A stretch of DNA of 64,000 nucleotides, from positions 871 through 64,870 of the forward strand of contig JAOADU010000033.1 in assembly GCA_026417155.1 (NCBI GenBank), given 5' to 3'. This DNA comes from Bacteroidales bacterium (GTDB taxonomy: Bacteria; Bacteroidota; Bacteroidia; Bacteroidales; GWA2-32-17). A program made the translations under genes and the position numbers. Of the stretch, positions 9,134 to 18,950 are shown piece by piece. How positions within the stretch are numbered: the first letter of the stretch is position 1; every line of letters starts with the position of its first letter. The notes below the pieces were generated by a model that saw only the letters and a program-made list of their open reading frames with translations, made no database searches and had not been told where the DNA came from.

Positions 9134-10522
9134 TTAAAATTCAGCATTTTTTGGTGTACGCGGAAATGGTATTACATCGCGAATGTTTGCCATTCCGGTT
9201 ATGAATAAAATAAGGCGTTCGAATCCTAATCCAAAACCACTATGCGGTGCTGTGCCAAATTTGCGAGTTTCGAGATACCACCATACATCTTTTTCGGGTA
9301 TTTGTAATTCTTTTATGCGATTATTTAATTTATCGTAATCATCTTCTCGCTGCGAGCCTCCAATAATTTCTCCTATTTTTGGGAACAAAACATCCATAGC
9401 GCGTACCGTTTTACCATCGTCGTTTTGTTTCATATAAAAAGCTTTAATTTCTTTGGGATAGTCGGTAAGAATTACTGGTCGTTTGAAATACTTTTCTACT
9501 AAATATCTTTCATGTTCCGACTGAAGGTCGCATCCCCAAAATACAGGAAATTCGAAATTTTCTTTCGCTTCTAATAAAATATTAATTGCTTCTGTGTAGG
9601 TTAAACGTTCAAATGGATGTTCCAATACAAAATTTAATCGGTTTATAAGCTCTTTATCGTACATTTCGTTTAAAAAATTCAGGTCGTCGGTGCAATGTTC
9701 TAGTGCATACTTAACAAGGAATTTAATAAAATCTTCAGCCAAATCCATATTATCGTTAATATCGTAGAATGCCATCTCGGGTTCAATCATCCAAAACTCG
9801 GCAAGATGTCGGGGTGTATTAGAGTTTTCTGCTCTAAAAGTTGGTCCAAAAGTGTAAATTTCTGATAATGCTAATGCGCCAAGTTCTCCTTCGAGTTGTC
9901 CTGAAACTGTTAAGCTAGTTTCTTTCCCGAAAAAATCTTCAGAAAAATCTATTTTACCATCTTTCGTTTTAGGCAAGTTATATAGATCGAGTGTTGTAAC
10001 ACGAAACATTTGTCCGGCACCTTCGCAATCACTGCCAGTAATAATAGGGGTATGTAAATAAACAAACCCTTTGCTGTTGAAATAATGATGTATGGCAAAG
10101 GCCATATGATGGCGAATACGAAATATTGCTCCAAAAGTGTTGGTACGAGGTCGTAAATGTGCAATAGTTCGTAAAAATTCGAGGCTATGCCCCTTTTTTT
10201 GAAGCGGATATGTTTCTGGGTCGCAAGTACCGTGAATTTTTATTTGTTTTGCCTGAATTTCAACTTTTTGCCCTTGCCCTTGTGATGGAACTAAAGTGCC
10301 TATTGCTTGGATACAGGAACCTGTTGTAATTTTTTTCAACAATTCTTCTTCAAAAACATTGGCATCAGCTACAATTTGAATATTGTGAATAATAGATCCA
10401 TCGTTTAAAGCAATAAAATGTACATTTTTATTCCCTCGGTGAGTTCTAACCCACCCTTCTATCATATAATCTTTATGTATTTCGCCGTTTGAAAGTAAAT
10501 CTTTAACTTTTGTACGTTTCAT
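9134..10522 (-). CDS. asnS: Asparagine--tRNA ligase
   Basis: 462 aa class IIb aaRS. Motifs [21 protein letters not shown] and GFGLGFERL; N-terminal OB fold. Confidence 0.95.
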   Translation of the reverse strand: MKRTKVKDLLSNGEIHKDYMIEGWVRTHRGNKNVHFIALNDGSIIHNIQIVADANVFEEELLKKITTGSCIQAIGTLVPSQGQGQKVEIQAKQIKIHGTCDPETYPLQKKGHSLEFLRTIAHLRPRTNTFGAIFRIRHHMAFAIHHYFNSKGFVYLHTPIITGSDCEGAGQMFRVTTLDLYNLPKTKDGKIDFSEDFFGKETSLTVSGQLEGELGALALSEIYTFGPTFRAENSNTPRHLAEFWMIEPEMAFYDINDNMDLAEDFIKFLVKYALEHCTDDLNFLNEMYDKELINRLNFVLEHPFERLTYTEAINILLEAKENFEFPVFWGCDLQSEHERYLVEKYFKRPVILTDYPKEIKAFYMKQNDDGKTVRAMDVLFPKIGEIIGGSQREDDYDKLNNRIKELQIPEKDVWWYLETRKFGTAPHSGFGLGFERLILFITGMANIRDVIPFPRTPKNAEF

Positions 10523-10524
10523 AG

Positions 10525-12075
10525 TTATTCATCAATTAATTGTCCTTTAAAATTATAAAAATTATATTCTAAAAAAGGTATGTCGTGCGAAGCTGAAATT
10601 TTTATGTAACAATTATATTTAAACATCCATTTAATTCGCAAGGATAGTAAACCTTTTTTAAGATACGCTGCAATAAAAGGGTTTGTTTTAAGATGAAAAT
10701 ATTTGTAGCGAGTATTTTTCGAAAGGTATTCTAAGTAACTATTAATTTTTTCAATTACATGAAGCGAATTAATAATTTCTCCGGTTCCGTTGCAACTAGG
10801 GCATTTTTCTTTGGTATTTAAAACAATTTGTGGGCGAACTCTCTGACGAGTTATTTGCATTAAACCAAACTTGCTAAGAGGTAGAATATTATGTTTTGCT
10901 CGATCTTTCTCCATTAACTTTTTCATGCGTTCGTAGAGAATTTTCTTATTTTCGGCTTTATACATGTCAATAAAATCAATAACTATAATTCCTCCCAAAT
11001 CTCTTAAACGAAGCTGTCGAGCAATTTCTTCTGCAGCAATTAGGTTTACTTCAAGGGCATTTTGTTCTTGATCGTTGATATTTGCATTTCGATGTCCACT
11101 ATTTACATCAATTACGTGTAAAGCCTCAGTATGCTCAATTACCAAATAAATCCCCGATTTTAATGAAACTGTTTTTGAAAATAATGTTTTTATCTGCTTG
11201 TTTATACCAAATTGTTCGAATAATGGTGTTTTGCCTTGATATATACGAATAATTTTTTCTTTTTCTGGTTCAATGCTTTGAACAAATGAACGCATGGTTT
11301 GAGCAATGTTCTTATCGTTGACATAGATATTTGCAAACGATTCGTTAAGTAAATCGCGTAATATGGCATAAGTACGGTCTAATTCGCCAATAATTAACGT
11401 TGGTGGTGTTTTGTGGTATAAATTAGCAAATGCACTTTCCCATTTTTTAATTAATTCTCTTAATTCGGCATCTAAATCATTGATGTTTTTGCCTTCCGAT
11501 GCTGTTCGAACTATTGCTCCGTAATTGTCGGGCAACAAGCTTTCTATAAGATATTTTAACCGCTGTCGTTCAGTAGTAGAAGTAATTTTTTGCGAAACAG
11601 AAACTTTATTTGAGAAAGGAATGAGTACTAAATTTCTTCCTGCAATAGAAATTTCTGAAGTTAATCTTGGTCCTTTTGTCGAAATAGGTTCTTTTGCAAT
11701 TTGAACAATAATTGGCTGACCTGATTTTAAAATTTCATTTATCTTTCCGTTTTTGGGAATGTCAGGTAACGTGTCGAAAATATTTAAAGAAGGATTAAAG
11801 TCGTTTTGATTGAGTGCTTGTGTCATGTAGCGTTGAAGAGATAGAAACTGTGGTCCCAAATCGAGATAATGCAAGAAAGCATCTTTAGCAAAACCCACAT
11901 CGACAAATGCTGCATTTAAACTGGGTATAACCTTTTTTACTCTTCCCAAATAAACATCACCTACACTAAACTGAAGGCTATTTTTTTCTTTACTTAACTC
12001 AACGAGGTTTTTGTCTTCAAGAAGAGCTATTGTTATCTCGTCATTATCTACTTCAACAAAAAGTTCTCGTGTCAC
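10525..12075 (-). CDS. rng: Ribonuclease G/E family endoribonuclease
   Basis: GTG start. S1 domain ([23 protein letters not shown]), catalytic core ([18 protein letters not shown]) and zinc-link CPSCNGTG. Confidence 0.9.
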   Translation of the reverse strand: MTRELFVEVDNDEITIALLEDKNLVELSKEKNSLQFSVGDVYLGRVKKVIPSLNAAFVDVGFAKDAFLHYLDLGPQFLSLQRYMTQALNQNDFNPSLNIFDTLPDIPKNGKINEILKSGQPIIVQIAKEPISTKGPRLTSEISIAGRNLVLIPFSNKVSVSQKITSTTERQRLKYLIESLLPDNYGAIVRTASEGKNINDLDAELRELIKKWESAFANLYHKTPPTLIIGELDRTYAILRDLLNESFANIYVNDKNIAQTMRSFVQSIEPEKEKIIRIYQGKTPLFEQFGINKQIKTLFSKTVSLKSGIYLVIEHTEALHVIDVNSGHRNANINDQEQNALEVNLIAAEEIARQLRLRDLGGIIVIDFIDMYKAENKKILYERMKKLMEKDRAKHNILPLSKFGLMQITRQRVRPQIVLNTKEKCPSCNGTGEIINSLHVIEKINSYLEYLSKNTRYKYFHLKTNPFIAAYLKKGLLSLRIKWMFKYNCYIKISASHDIPFLEYNFYNFKGQLIDE

Positions 12076-12097
12076 ATATCTGAATTTTAAAAAATGT

Positions 12098-12123
12098 AAA
12101 AAACCTATAGCATGCTATAGGTT
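12098..12123 (-). terminator. Hairpin terminator between the small basic ORF and rng
   Basis: Perfect palindrome cctatagcatgctatagg (12104-12121), extended by flanking a/t pairs. It is followed on the minus strand by a T run (complement of the A run at 12098-12103). Confidence 0.6.
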
Positions 12124-12146
12124 TTTATTCACTATACAGCTAAATA

Positions 12147-12242
12147 TTAGCGTAATTTCTTTTTATGACGATTCTTTCTTAATCTTTTTTTACGTTTATG
12201 AACCGCCATTTTGTGTCTTTTGCGTTTTCTTCCACAGGGCAT
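12147..12242 (-). CDS. 31-aa arginine/lysine-rich peptide, bS22-like (AURKAIP1/COX24-type small ribosomal protein); absent from the ORF track
   Basis: My own translation: atg ccc tgt gga aga aaa cgc ... tta cgc taa gives MPCGRKRKRHKMAVHKRKKRLRKNRHKKKLR. Lies 15 nt downstream of the HU gene and upstream of a terminator. The pattern resembles actinobacterial bS22 (KKRRKRM.KKKHRKLLR). Confidence 0.7.
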   Translation of the reverse strand: MPCGRKRKRHKMAVHKRKKRLRKNRHKKKLR

Positions 12243-12257
12243 AATCAATAATTTTAG

Positions 12258-12545
12258 TTATTTTTTAACTTTGTTTTTTACTTCGTTGATGAATGATTTT
12301 GCTGGCTTAAAGGCTGGTATAAAATGTTCGGGAATGATGATGGTTGTATTCTTCGATATGTTGCGAGCTGTTTTTTTGGCACGTTTTTTCAAAATAAAAC
12401 TACCAAATCCTCTTAAATAAACATTGTTACCCTTTACCATAGATTCTTTCATTATTTCCATGAAAGACTCGATAGATTTTTGAACTAATAACTTCTCGAT
12501 ACCAGTCTTTTTCGAGATTTCATTAACAATATCTGCTTTTGTCAT
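12258..12545 (-). CDS. hup: HU/IHF-family DNA-binding protein
   Basis: MTKADIVNEISKKTGI...GFGSF...R.ARN. motifs. The track start at 12581 overlaps the predicted -7 promoter box, so ATG 12545 is preferred. Confidence 0.85.
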   Translation of the reverse strand: MTKADIVNEISKKTGIEKLLVQKSIESFMEIMKESMVKGNNVYLRGFGSFILKKRAKKTARNISKNTTIIIPEHFIPAFKPAKSFINEVKNKVKK

Positions 12546-12578
12546 ATCTAATAATTTTAGTAATTCTAAATTGGACTG

Positions 12579-12586
12579 CAAATATA
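12579..12586 (-). promoter_or_regulatory. Bacteroidota -7 promoter box TATATTTG for hup and the small ORF
   Basis: Minus-strand TATATTTG matches TAnnTTTG, 33 nt upstream of ATG 12545. Confidence 0.5.
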
Positions 12587-12656
12587 GGTATTATTTTAAT
12601 AATCAAAACAATTATTTACTTTTTTTGTATTAAAAAAATCCGTCATTTTTGCATTC

Positions 12657-13700
12657 ATGAATTCATGGATAACAACAATTGTTGAGTGGTATAATAAAAA
12701 TAAACGAGACTTGCCCTGGCGAAAAACCCAAAATCCCTACCATATTTGGGTATCTGAAATTATTTTGCAACAAACACGTATAGAACAAGGCATAAATTAT
12801 TATCATAAATTTATTCAACGCTTCCCTGATATAAATTCCTTGGCTTATGCAACACTTGATGATATATTACTAGTTTGGAAAGGATTGGGATACTATAGAA
12901 GAGCTATATACATGTACGAAACAGCTCAAGCAATAGTAAACAACAGGAATGGTCAGTTCCCCAATAATTACAAAGATTTACTTCGCTTAAAAGGAATTGG
13001 GAAGTACACTGCATCGGCCATTGCATCAATTTGTTTCGACGAAAAAGTAGCAGCCATTGATGGAAATGTTCATCGTATCTTTTGTCGATTTTATGCGTCC
13101 AATTTTAATAAAAATTCTTTGGCATTTATCAATCAAGTGCATCAAGATACGCTAGAAGCAATGTCGCTTGTTTCGCCTGGAATAGTTAATCAGGCAATGA
13201 TGGACTTTGGTGCATTAATTTGTAAACCCATAAAACCCATCTGCCATCTTTGTGTGGTTCAAAATTTATGTGTCGCATATAAAAATAACTGTATTCAGCA
13301 TTACCCTTCAAAACATAAAGAACGAACTAAAGAAATCATTTACCATTACTATTTCTTTGTTCATGATAATAAGCAATGTTATTTGTATAAACGAAATGAA
13401 AACGATATTTGGAAAAATTTGTACGAATTCCCTTTATTTACAAGTAAAACAAATAATACTTCTTTTCTCAAAGTTCCTTTCTTACATTCATTAGATGTAA
13501 TAAATTCCTATGAATCGGAAATAATCACTCATATTTTAAGTCATAAAACAATAAAAGCTACATTTTACATTGTTGAAGTAGAAGCCATAAAGCCACTTCA
13601 AAACTATACTTCAATACCCTTAGCCGATTTATCAAAATATCCTATGTCCAGATTAATGGAAAAGTTTATAGAAAAAAGCAAGATATTTCAAAAATTCTAA
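12657..13700 (+). CDS. mutY: A/G-specific adenine DNA glycosylase
   Basis: HhH-GPD region (LKGIGKYTASAI), a [4Fe-4S] Cys cluster (C.x6.C..C.x5.C around CKPIKPICHLCVVQNLC) and a C-terminal NUDIX-like domain. Confidence 0.92.
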   Translation: MNSWITTIVEWYNKNKRDLPWRKTQNPYHIWVSEIILQQTRIEQGINYYHKFIQRFPDINSLAYATLDDILLVWKGLGYYRRAIYMYETAQAIVNNRNGQFPNNYKDLLRLKGIGKYTASAIASICFDEKVAAIDGNVHRIFCRFYASNFNKNSLAFINQVHQDTLEAMSLVSPGIVNQAMMDFGALICKPIKPICHLCVVQNLCVAYKNNCIQHYPSKHKERTKEIIYHYYFFVHDNKQCYLYKRNENDIWKNLYEFPLFTSKTNNTSFLKVPFLHSLDVINSYESEIITHILSHKTIKATFYIVEVEAIKPLQNYTSIPLADLSKYPMSRLMEKFIEKSKIFQKF

Positions 13701-13758
13701 AAATTAATTGAAAAATTTACCATTAAACACCTTAAAAAATTAAAAAAGAACAAAATAT

Positions 13759-13790
13759 TTTGGGAAATAAAAAAAAAGATATTACATTTG
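13759..13790 (+). promoter_or_regulatory. Bacteroidota-type promoter (-33 TTTG, -7 TACATTTG)
   Basis: TTTG at 13759-13762 and TACATTTG at 13783-13790, 20-nt spacer, 25 nt upstream of ATG 13816. Confidence 0.55.
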
Positions 13791-13815
13791 CTTATATTTT
13801 TATAAACATGGGAAA

Positions 13816-14139
13816 ATGATGGAAGAAAACGAAAACACTAGGGGAAATCATCAGCGAAGCAGAGATGAAGTTTATTCAAAATCTGTTCGTGCAGGCAAAA
13901 GAACATATTTTTTTGATGTAAAATCCAATCGCAGAGACGACTATTATTTAACCATTACTGAAAGTAAAAAACGTGTAAGACCTGATGGTTCTGTGTATTA
14001 CGAAAAGCATAAGCTTTTCTTATACAAAGAAGATTTTGAAAAATTTGCCGAAGGGTTAAACGATGTGGTACAATTTATTCGTAACAACAAAATTACCTTA
14101 TCGAGCGGTGATAATATAAACGAACAAGAAAACGAATAA
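13816..14139 (+). CDS. PUR-alpha-like (DUF3276) DNA/RNA-binding protein
   Basis: VYSKSVRAGKRTYFFDVKSNRRDDYYLTITESKKR...HKLFLYKEDFEKF is the hallmark of the Bacteroidota PUR family. Confidence 0.85.
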   Translation: MMEENENTRGNHQRSRDEVYSKSVRAGKRTYFFDVKSNRRDDYYLTITESKKRVRPDGSVYYEKHKLFLYKEDFEKFAEGLNDVVQFIRNNKITLSSGDNINEQENE

Positions 14140-14140
14140 T

Positions 14141-14713
14141 TTATTTATATAAGCCACAGTCTTCTATGTACTGATGTACAGTTGCAGGTACATAGAATAA
14201 GTATTGTTTGCCTTTTTTTATCTGTTCTCTGATAAATGACGATGACATTTCAATTAAGGGAGCATCAATGATCGTTACGTTTGAATTTTCAGGTATTTTA
14301 GCATCTCGTCGTGGATAAACAACAATCTTAAAATGTTTAGTTATTAAATCATAATTTTTCCACCGATGAAAATTTGCTAAATTGTCGCTTCCCATAATTA
14401 AAGAAAATACTTTTGAAGGATATTTCTCTTGTAATCGAATTAAAGTATCAATAGTATATGATGGTTTAGGCATAGCAAATTCTATATCGCATGCTTTAAA
14501 GTATTTAAAATCGTTTATCGCCAAGTTGACCATTTCGAGCCTGTGATACTCATCGGCTAAGTTTTCTTTTGACTTATGCGGATTATGTGGCGATACTACA
14601 AACCATATTTCATCGAACGGCACTTCCGTTAGCAAAAAGTTTGCTAACATCAAATGCCCATGATGAATAGGATTAAATGAACCAAAAAATAAACCTACTT
14701 CTTTAACAGGCAT
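14141..14713 (-). CDS. nadD: Nicotinate-nucleotide adenylyltransferase
   Basis: GSFNPIHHGH nucleotidyltransferase motif; 190 aa; ISSS-like MSSSFIR near the C-terminus. Confidence 0.92.
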   Translation of the reverse strand: MPVKEVGLFFGSFNPIHHGHLMLANFLLTEVPFDEIWFVVSPHNPHKSKENLADEYHRLEMVNLAINDFKYFKACDIEFAMPKPSYTIDTLIRLQEKYPSKVFSLIMGSDNLANFHRWKNYDLITKHFKIVVYPRRDAKIPENSNVTIIDAPLIEMSSSFIREQIKKGKQYLFYVPATVHQYIEDCGLYK

Positions 14714-14785
14714 ATGGTGTTGCTTCTTAATTTTTTAAAAACAAAGTTCTAAAAAAATTATGTAAATTTACCAAATTTCAAGAAT

Positions 14786-15838
14786 ATGAATAAACTAAAA
14801 ATAACTGTACGAATTATTTTAGTAATTGTACTTTTCATTGCATTTTATTTTATTATAATATTTACATATAATACTGTTTACGATTATTCGCCTAAAACTA
14901 CATTTCGCATAAACAAACATCACACAACATTTTCATTTGATACTTTAAAAATAATAAGTTGGAATATTGGATATGGTGGATTAGGCGAAAAATCTGATTT
15001 TTTTTATGATGGAGGTAAAATGGTTCGTCCGTCAAAAACCTATTACGACAGTTGCTTAAATGGTATTGTACAACAATTAAAAAAGCTTGAACATGATGCT
15101 CATATTTTTTTATTACAGGAAGTTGATTTCTACTCAAAACGAAGTTATTACATCAATCAAAAATCATTATTTCAACGTTATTTATCTAAGATGTTGTTTT
15201 CCGACTCATTAATCAATTATCAAGTTCCATTTGTGCCTTTTCCGATCTTGTCGCCTATGGGAAAAGTAAAGGCAGGTTTAGTAACTTTGGCAAATAGCGT
15301 CCCTTTTTTTCACGCATATATATTTTTTGAAAATACATATACTTGGCCCAAACAAATTTTTTTCCTTGACAGAGGAATGCTTATTCACGCTTTTAAAGTT
15401 CAACCTAAAAAATGGCTGTTTATCTTTAATGTTCATTTGTCGGCATTTGATGACGCACATCAAGCAAGAAAAAAAGAGCTTTCAACCATAAGTCAAATTA
15501 TTGAAAAACTAGCATTTCAGGGACATTATGTTATTGTTGGCGGCGATTGGAATATTAATCCTCCTCATTTCCATCTTTCGGGATTAAAAAATAATAATCC
15601 GCTTTTTAGAACTGAACCAAATACCGTCAGTTTCAAATCATTCCAGTATTATTATGATACATTATTCCCAACAAACCGATACGTTAATTCTCCTTACATA
15701 GTTGGTAAAACGCCTGTTTCTACATTAGATTATTTTCTAGTATCGTCAAATATTAAAGTATTAGAAATAAAAGTAATTCCACTTCATTTTAAATATTCAG
15801 ATCATAATCCTGTTCAGGTAACTTGTTTGTTAAAGTAA
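14786..15838 (+). CDS. Membrane-anchored endonuclease/exonuclease/phosphatase (EEP) family protein
   Basis: N-terminal TM helix; EEP motifs WNIGYG, LLQEVD, GGDWN and C-terminal SDHNPV. Confidence 0.8.
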   Translation: MNKLKITVRIILVIVLFIAFYFIIIFTYNTVYDYSPKTTFRINKHHTTFSFDTLKIISWNIGYGGLGEKSDFFYDGGKMVRPSKTYYDSCLNGIVQQLKKLEHDAHIFLLQEVDFYSKRSYYINQKSLFQRYLSKMLFSDSLINYQVPFVPFPILSPMGKVKAGLVTLANSVPFFHAYIFFENTYTWPKQIFFLDRGMLIHAFKVQPKKWLFIFNVHLSAFDDAHQARKKELSTISQIIEKLAFQGHYVIVGGDWNINPPHFHLSGLKNNNPLFRTEPNTVSFKSFQYYYDTLFPTNRYVNSPYIVGKTPVSTLDYFLVSSNIKVLEIKVIPLHFKYSDHNPVQVTCLLK

Positions 15839-15843
15839 CAATA

Positions 15844-17046
15844 TTACAATTTTTCGAACAGTATTGTACGAATTGTATTGTTGTATATAAGTTTTAATAA
15901 GTAATAACCTGATGATATATGGGCAACTGAAACTTGAAAAATATATTGGTTGGGTTCTAAATTTTCATGGCATACAGGTAAAATTTCTGTGCCCGATAAA
16001 GTACAAACTGAAATATTTACATTTCCTGCTCTTTTTATTGTTAATGCTACATTGGCATATCCTTTATTTGGATTAGGGTATATTTTAAATTCAGCAATAT
16101 CGTTTGTTTCTTCGATGCCTGTAGGATTTTGCAAAAATACTGGCTGAGTCCATGCATAGGTTGTGCCCGTTCCAAGAAAACCTTCTTTAATAAGTTCAAC
16201 CCTGACATAACTATGATTTTGTAAAATAAATGAAGCACTATTGCCATTATTTTCTTGTAAAACAACATGATTAGGACCCCAGAATTTAATTTTTGTTGCA
16301 TTACTGCTAGAAACAGAGACGGTTTTATAAGTACCATAATCGTTTACCATAAATTCATTGATTATGACTCCTGTAGATGCGTAAAAGCGTCCATTTAACA
16401 ACGCATCATACACGGCTTCTTTTGTCAAAGTATCGAGCCATATCATATTCCAGCCTTTGTTAAATTCGAGCGATTCTAAAACTGAAGGATGAAAATCGTC
16501 GGTAGCGCTTCCCCATACAACTTTACCGGCAGTAAGAACTGCATCCCATATGCTTTTGTCATCGTGTGTTTGAACTCCTTCGGTACCTGTATTCCATATT
16601 TCGAGCATATGTGGTCCATTCTGAAAACTGATTATTTCAGGGGCATCAACTTCCCAATCATCGTCAGTAAAGGGACCTGGGCAATAATGATTCAATTGAA
16701 TTAAGCCTCCCTGCGAAATAACGCTATCTATTGCTTGCTGACAAGTAAATTCTGGTGTGGGTTGAATTTTTCGCTTCAGAAAAAAGCCGTTCATGTGACG
16801 CTTAAAAGTAATCTCTTCGCTTGGAATACATAATACACCGGGCACATAAACACTATCGGTTAAAAAATTATGATCGGTAATCATCATAATTTCATATCCA
16901 GCCGCTTTGTATTTATTTACAAGTGCTACAGGTGTATAAGAACCATCGCTATTGGTTGAATGGCAATGCATTTGTGCTTTGTAATATCTACCTTGACCGT
17001 ATATTACATTAGCAACCAGCAATAAATAGATAACATTAATTTTCAT
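15844..17046 (-). CDS. Secreted PHP-domain (CehA/McbA-like) metallohydrolase with a T9SS C-terminal domain
   Basis: Signal peptide; PHP motifs HCHSTNSDGS and ITDHN; C-terminal about 80 aa FKIYPNPNKG...GYYLLKL... typical of a T9SS CTD. Confidence 0.8.
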   Translation of the reverse strand: MKINVIYLLLVANVIYGQGRYYKAQMHCHSTNSDGSYTPVALVNKYKAAGYEIMMITDHNFLTDSVYVPGVLCIPSEEITFKRHMNGFFLKRKIQPTPEFTCQQAIDSVISQGGLIQLNHYCPGPFTDDDWEVDAPEIISFQNGPHMLEIWNTGTEGVQTHDDKSIWDAVLTAGKVVWGSATDDFHPSVLESLEFNKGWNMIWLDTLTKEAVYDALLNGRFYASTGVIINEFMVNDYGTYKTVSVSSSNATKIKFWGPNHVVLQENNGNSASFILQNHSYVRVELIKEGFLGTGTTYAWTQPVFLQNPTGIEETNDIAEFKIYPNPNKGYANVALTIKRAGNVNISVCTLSGTEILPVCHENLEPNQYIFQVSVAHISSGYYLLKLIYNNTIRTILFEKL

Positions 17047-17175
17047 GGCTTTTTTGTTTCGATAATCAAAAAAAATAAGCCATGATTACTACATGTTTAG
17101 CGAATAATGAATTTATTTTTAATATTTTAAAACAAAACCCTTAGGACAATTAACAAATACTTAACATTCAGAAAA

Positions 17176-18870
17176 TTATCTTAATATAGTGAAAGTTTTA
17201 ACTTCTTTATTATTTTCATATATTAAATGTAATAAATACACTCCATTAGCGATTTCTGATACAGCAATTTTATTATTAGAAGACGATAATGTTCCTTGCT
17301 TTATTAATATTCCTAAAGAATTAAATATAGAGTAATGACATTGGTCTATCTTTTTAGAAAAATCTAACCAAATACAGTCATTTGTAGGATTTGGATACAT
17401 CTTGACCGAACTATCATCTCGAGTGTTTTCTTTATTATATGTTGTAAACTGCTTAAAATTTGCTTCGTAGCGACAAGTATTATTAATTAAGTAAACCGCA
17501 AGCTGGTTTGAATAAACAGGCATATCATTATAATAGAAAGGCGACCAACCAGAACCCACTTCCCAATATTCATATTTTCCTTCAACAGAATTATTATTTA
17601 CATCGTATATAAAAGATAATTTTGAAATATATTGATCGCCATTATACCAGTTTTCTCTAGTTTCTGATAATAAATTGTTTTGTACATCCAATTCATAACT
17701 GTAAATATAAATAGGTACCCATGCATTATTTTGCCAAATTTCAAACGATTCTTGAATCAACTTATCATTATTATTATACATGTAAAAATATTGCTGATAA
17801 TTTTGCCAAGCATTTTGTTCCCATATCTGTTGTAACTTATGTATAGGTTTATTGTTGCTATTGTAGGTTATGATAAGCTTGTTTGTTGGTTCCCATTGAT
17901 TATTATACCAATTTTCATATCGCTCAAGAGTGGTAAAACCAAATGAATTATATTCATAATATAAACGATTACTGTTTTGCCACGAAGAAGCTACCCACTG
18001 CTGATATATTTTGTATTCCAGAGAATCGTTGCCATTATAAGAATATAGCATTCTATCATAAATATCCCAATCGTTTAAACTTTGATTCCAAAATAAATTT
18101 TTTTCCTCTTGCTTTTTACCTGATAAAGTGTATGTATATTCTGTTTTCTGTAAATTCATCCAGTTTCCCGAAATCCATTTCGATATTAGCAATTCTTTCA
18201 TCAATTGATTTGTATAGTAGGAATACACGTATAACATATTGTTAATCCAATCGGTGCCACCATCAATTAATTGCAGTTCTGTTAGAAGATTGCCATTTGC
18301 ATCGTATGTATATTCGTATTTAATTTCTTTTTTCCAATGGTCAATATCCCATGTTTCATACGAATAATAGAGCAAATTATTGTTATAGTCGAAAGAATAT
18401 AATCGTCGGGTATAGTTTGTCCAAGCATTATTCAAATACAATTCTACAATGTACGAAATTAAGTTGTTATTGGAATCGTACTGATACGACTCTCTAAAAT
18501 TTCCGGTCCATGCGTTGTTTTCCCAATGTTCATTTATTCTACTGACTAGTAAATTTGAACTATTATAACTACATATGACTCTTTCATAATTTTCCCATTG
18601 ATTGGCATTGTGTATTTGGGTTAATTCTATCAATTTATTTCCCATATTATCATATTCCATAATGATTCTTTTATCCAACTCGTTATTTACATTGTACAAT
18701 TTAATAGTGTCGGGCAAATAATAAAAAGACTTATATTCTTTACTTTTGGGATACAATTTAGAATACTCTATTAAATTGTTTCTCAATGATAATGATTGTG
18801 CTATTAAGCAATATACACCAAAAGAGAAGTTTAAAAAAAGAACAATAGCTTTCATAATTTTTTTTAGCAA
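17176..18870 (-). CDS. T9SS-secreted protein built from about 13 tandem W/Y/N-rich 29-residue repeats
   Basis: Signal peptide; repeat consensus R..Y.YD.NNNL......W.NN.W.N; CTD VKMYPNPTND...GVYLLHL. Confidence 0.8.
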   Translation of the reverse strand: MLKKIMKAIVLFLNFSFGVYCLIAQSLSLRNNLIEYSKLYPKSKEYKSFYYLPDTIKLYNVNNELDKRIIMEYDNMGNKLIELTQIHNANQWENYERVICSYNSSNLLVSRINEHWENNAWTGNFRESYQYDSNNNLISYIVELYLNNAWTNYTRRLYSFDYNNNLLYYSYETWDIDHWKKEIKYEYTYDANGNLLTELQLIDGGTDWINNMLYVYSYYTNQLMKELLISKWISGNWMNLQKTEYTYTLSGKKQEEKNLFWNQSLNDWDIYDRMLYSYNGNDSLEYKIYQQWVASSWQNSNRLYYEYNSFGFTTLERYENWYNNQWEPTNKLIITYNSNNKPIHKLQQIWEQNAWQNYQQYFYMYNNNDKLIQESFEIWQNNAWVPIYIYSYELDVQNNLLSETRENWYNGDQYISKLSFIYDVNNNSVEGKYEYWEVGSGWSPFYYNDMPVYSNQLAVYLINNTCRYEANFKQFTTYNKENTRDDSSVKMYPNPTNDCIWLDFSKKIDQCHYSIFNSLGILIKQGTLSSSNNKIAVSEIANGVYLLHLIYENNKEVKTFTILR

Positions 18871-18917
18871 AAGAAGAAGAAATTTTTAAAACAACAAAAA
18901 TTATGACAATATTATTT

Positions 18918-18925
18918 TATCTTTG
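18918..18925 (+). promoter_or_regulatory. -7 promoter box TATCTTTG
   Basis: Matches TAnnTTTG, 25 nt upstream of ATG 18951. Confidence 0.45.
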
Positions 18926-18950
18926 TATAGCAAAATCATAATTTATATTT

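Noticed and set aside
12011-12420. Plus-strand ORFs 12011-12244 (77 aa) and 12211-12420 (69 aa) spanning the rng-hup gap.
   Set aside because: They run antisense to rng, HU and the bS22-like ORF. The minus-strand 31-codon reading has a proper ATG, a family-like sequence and a downstream terminator.
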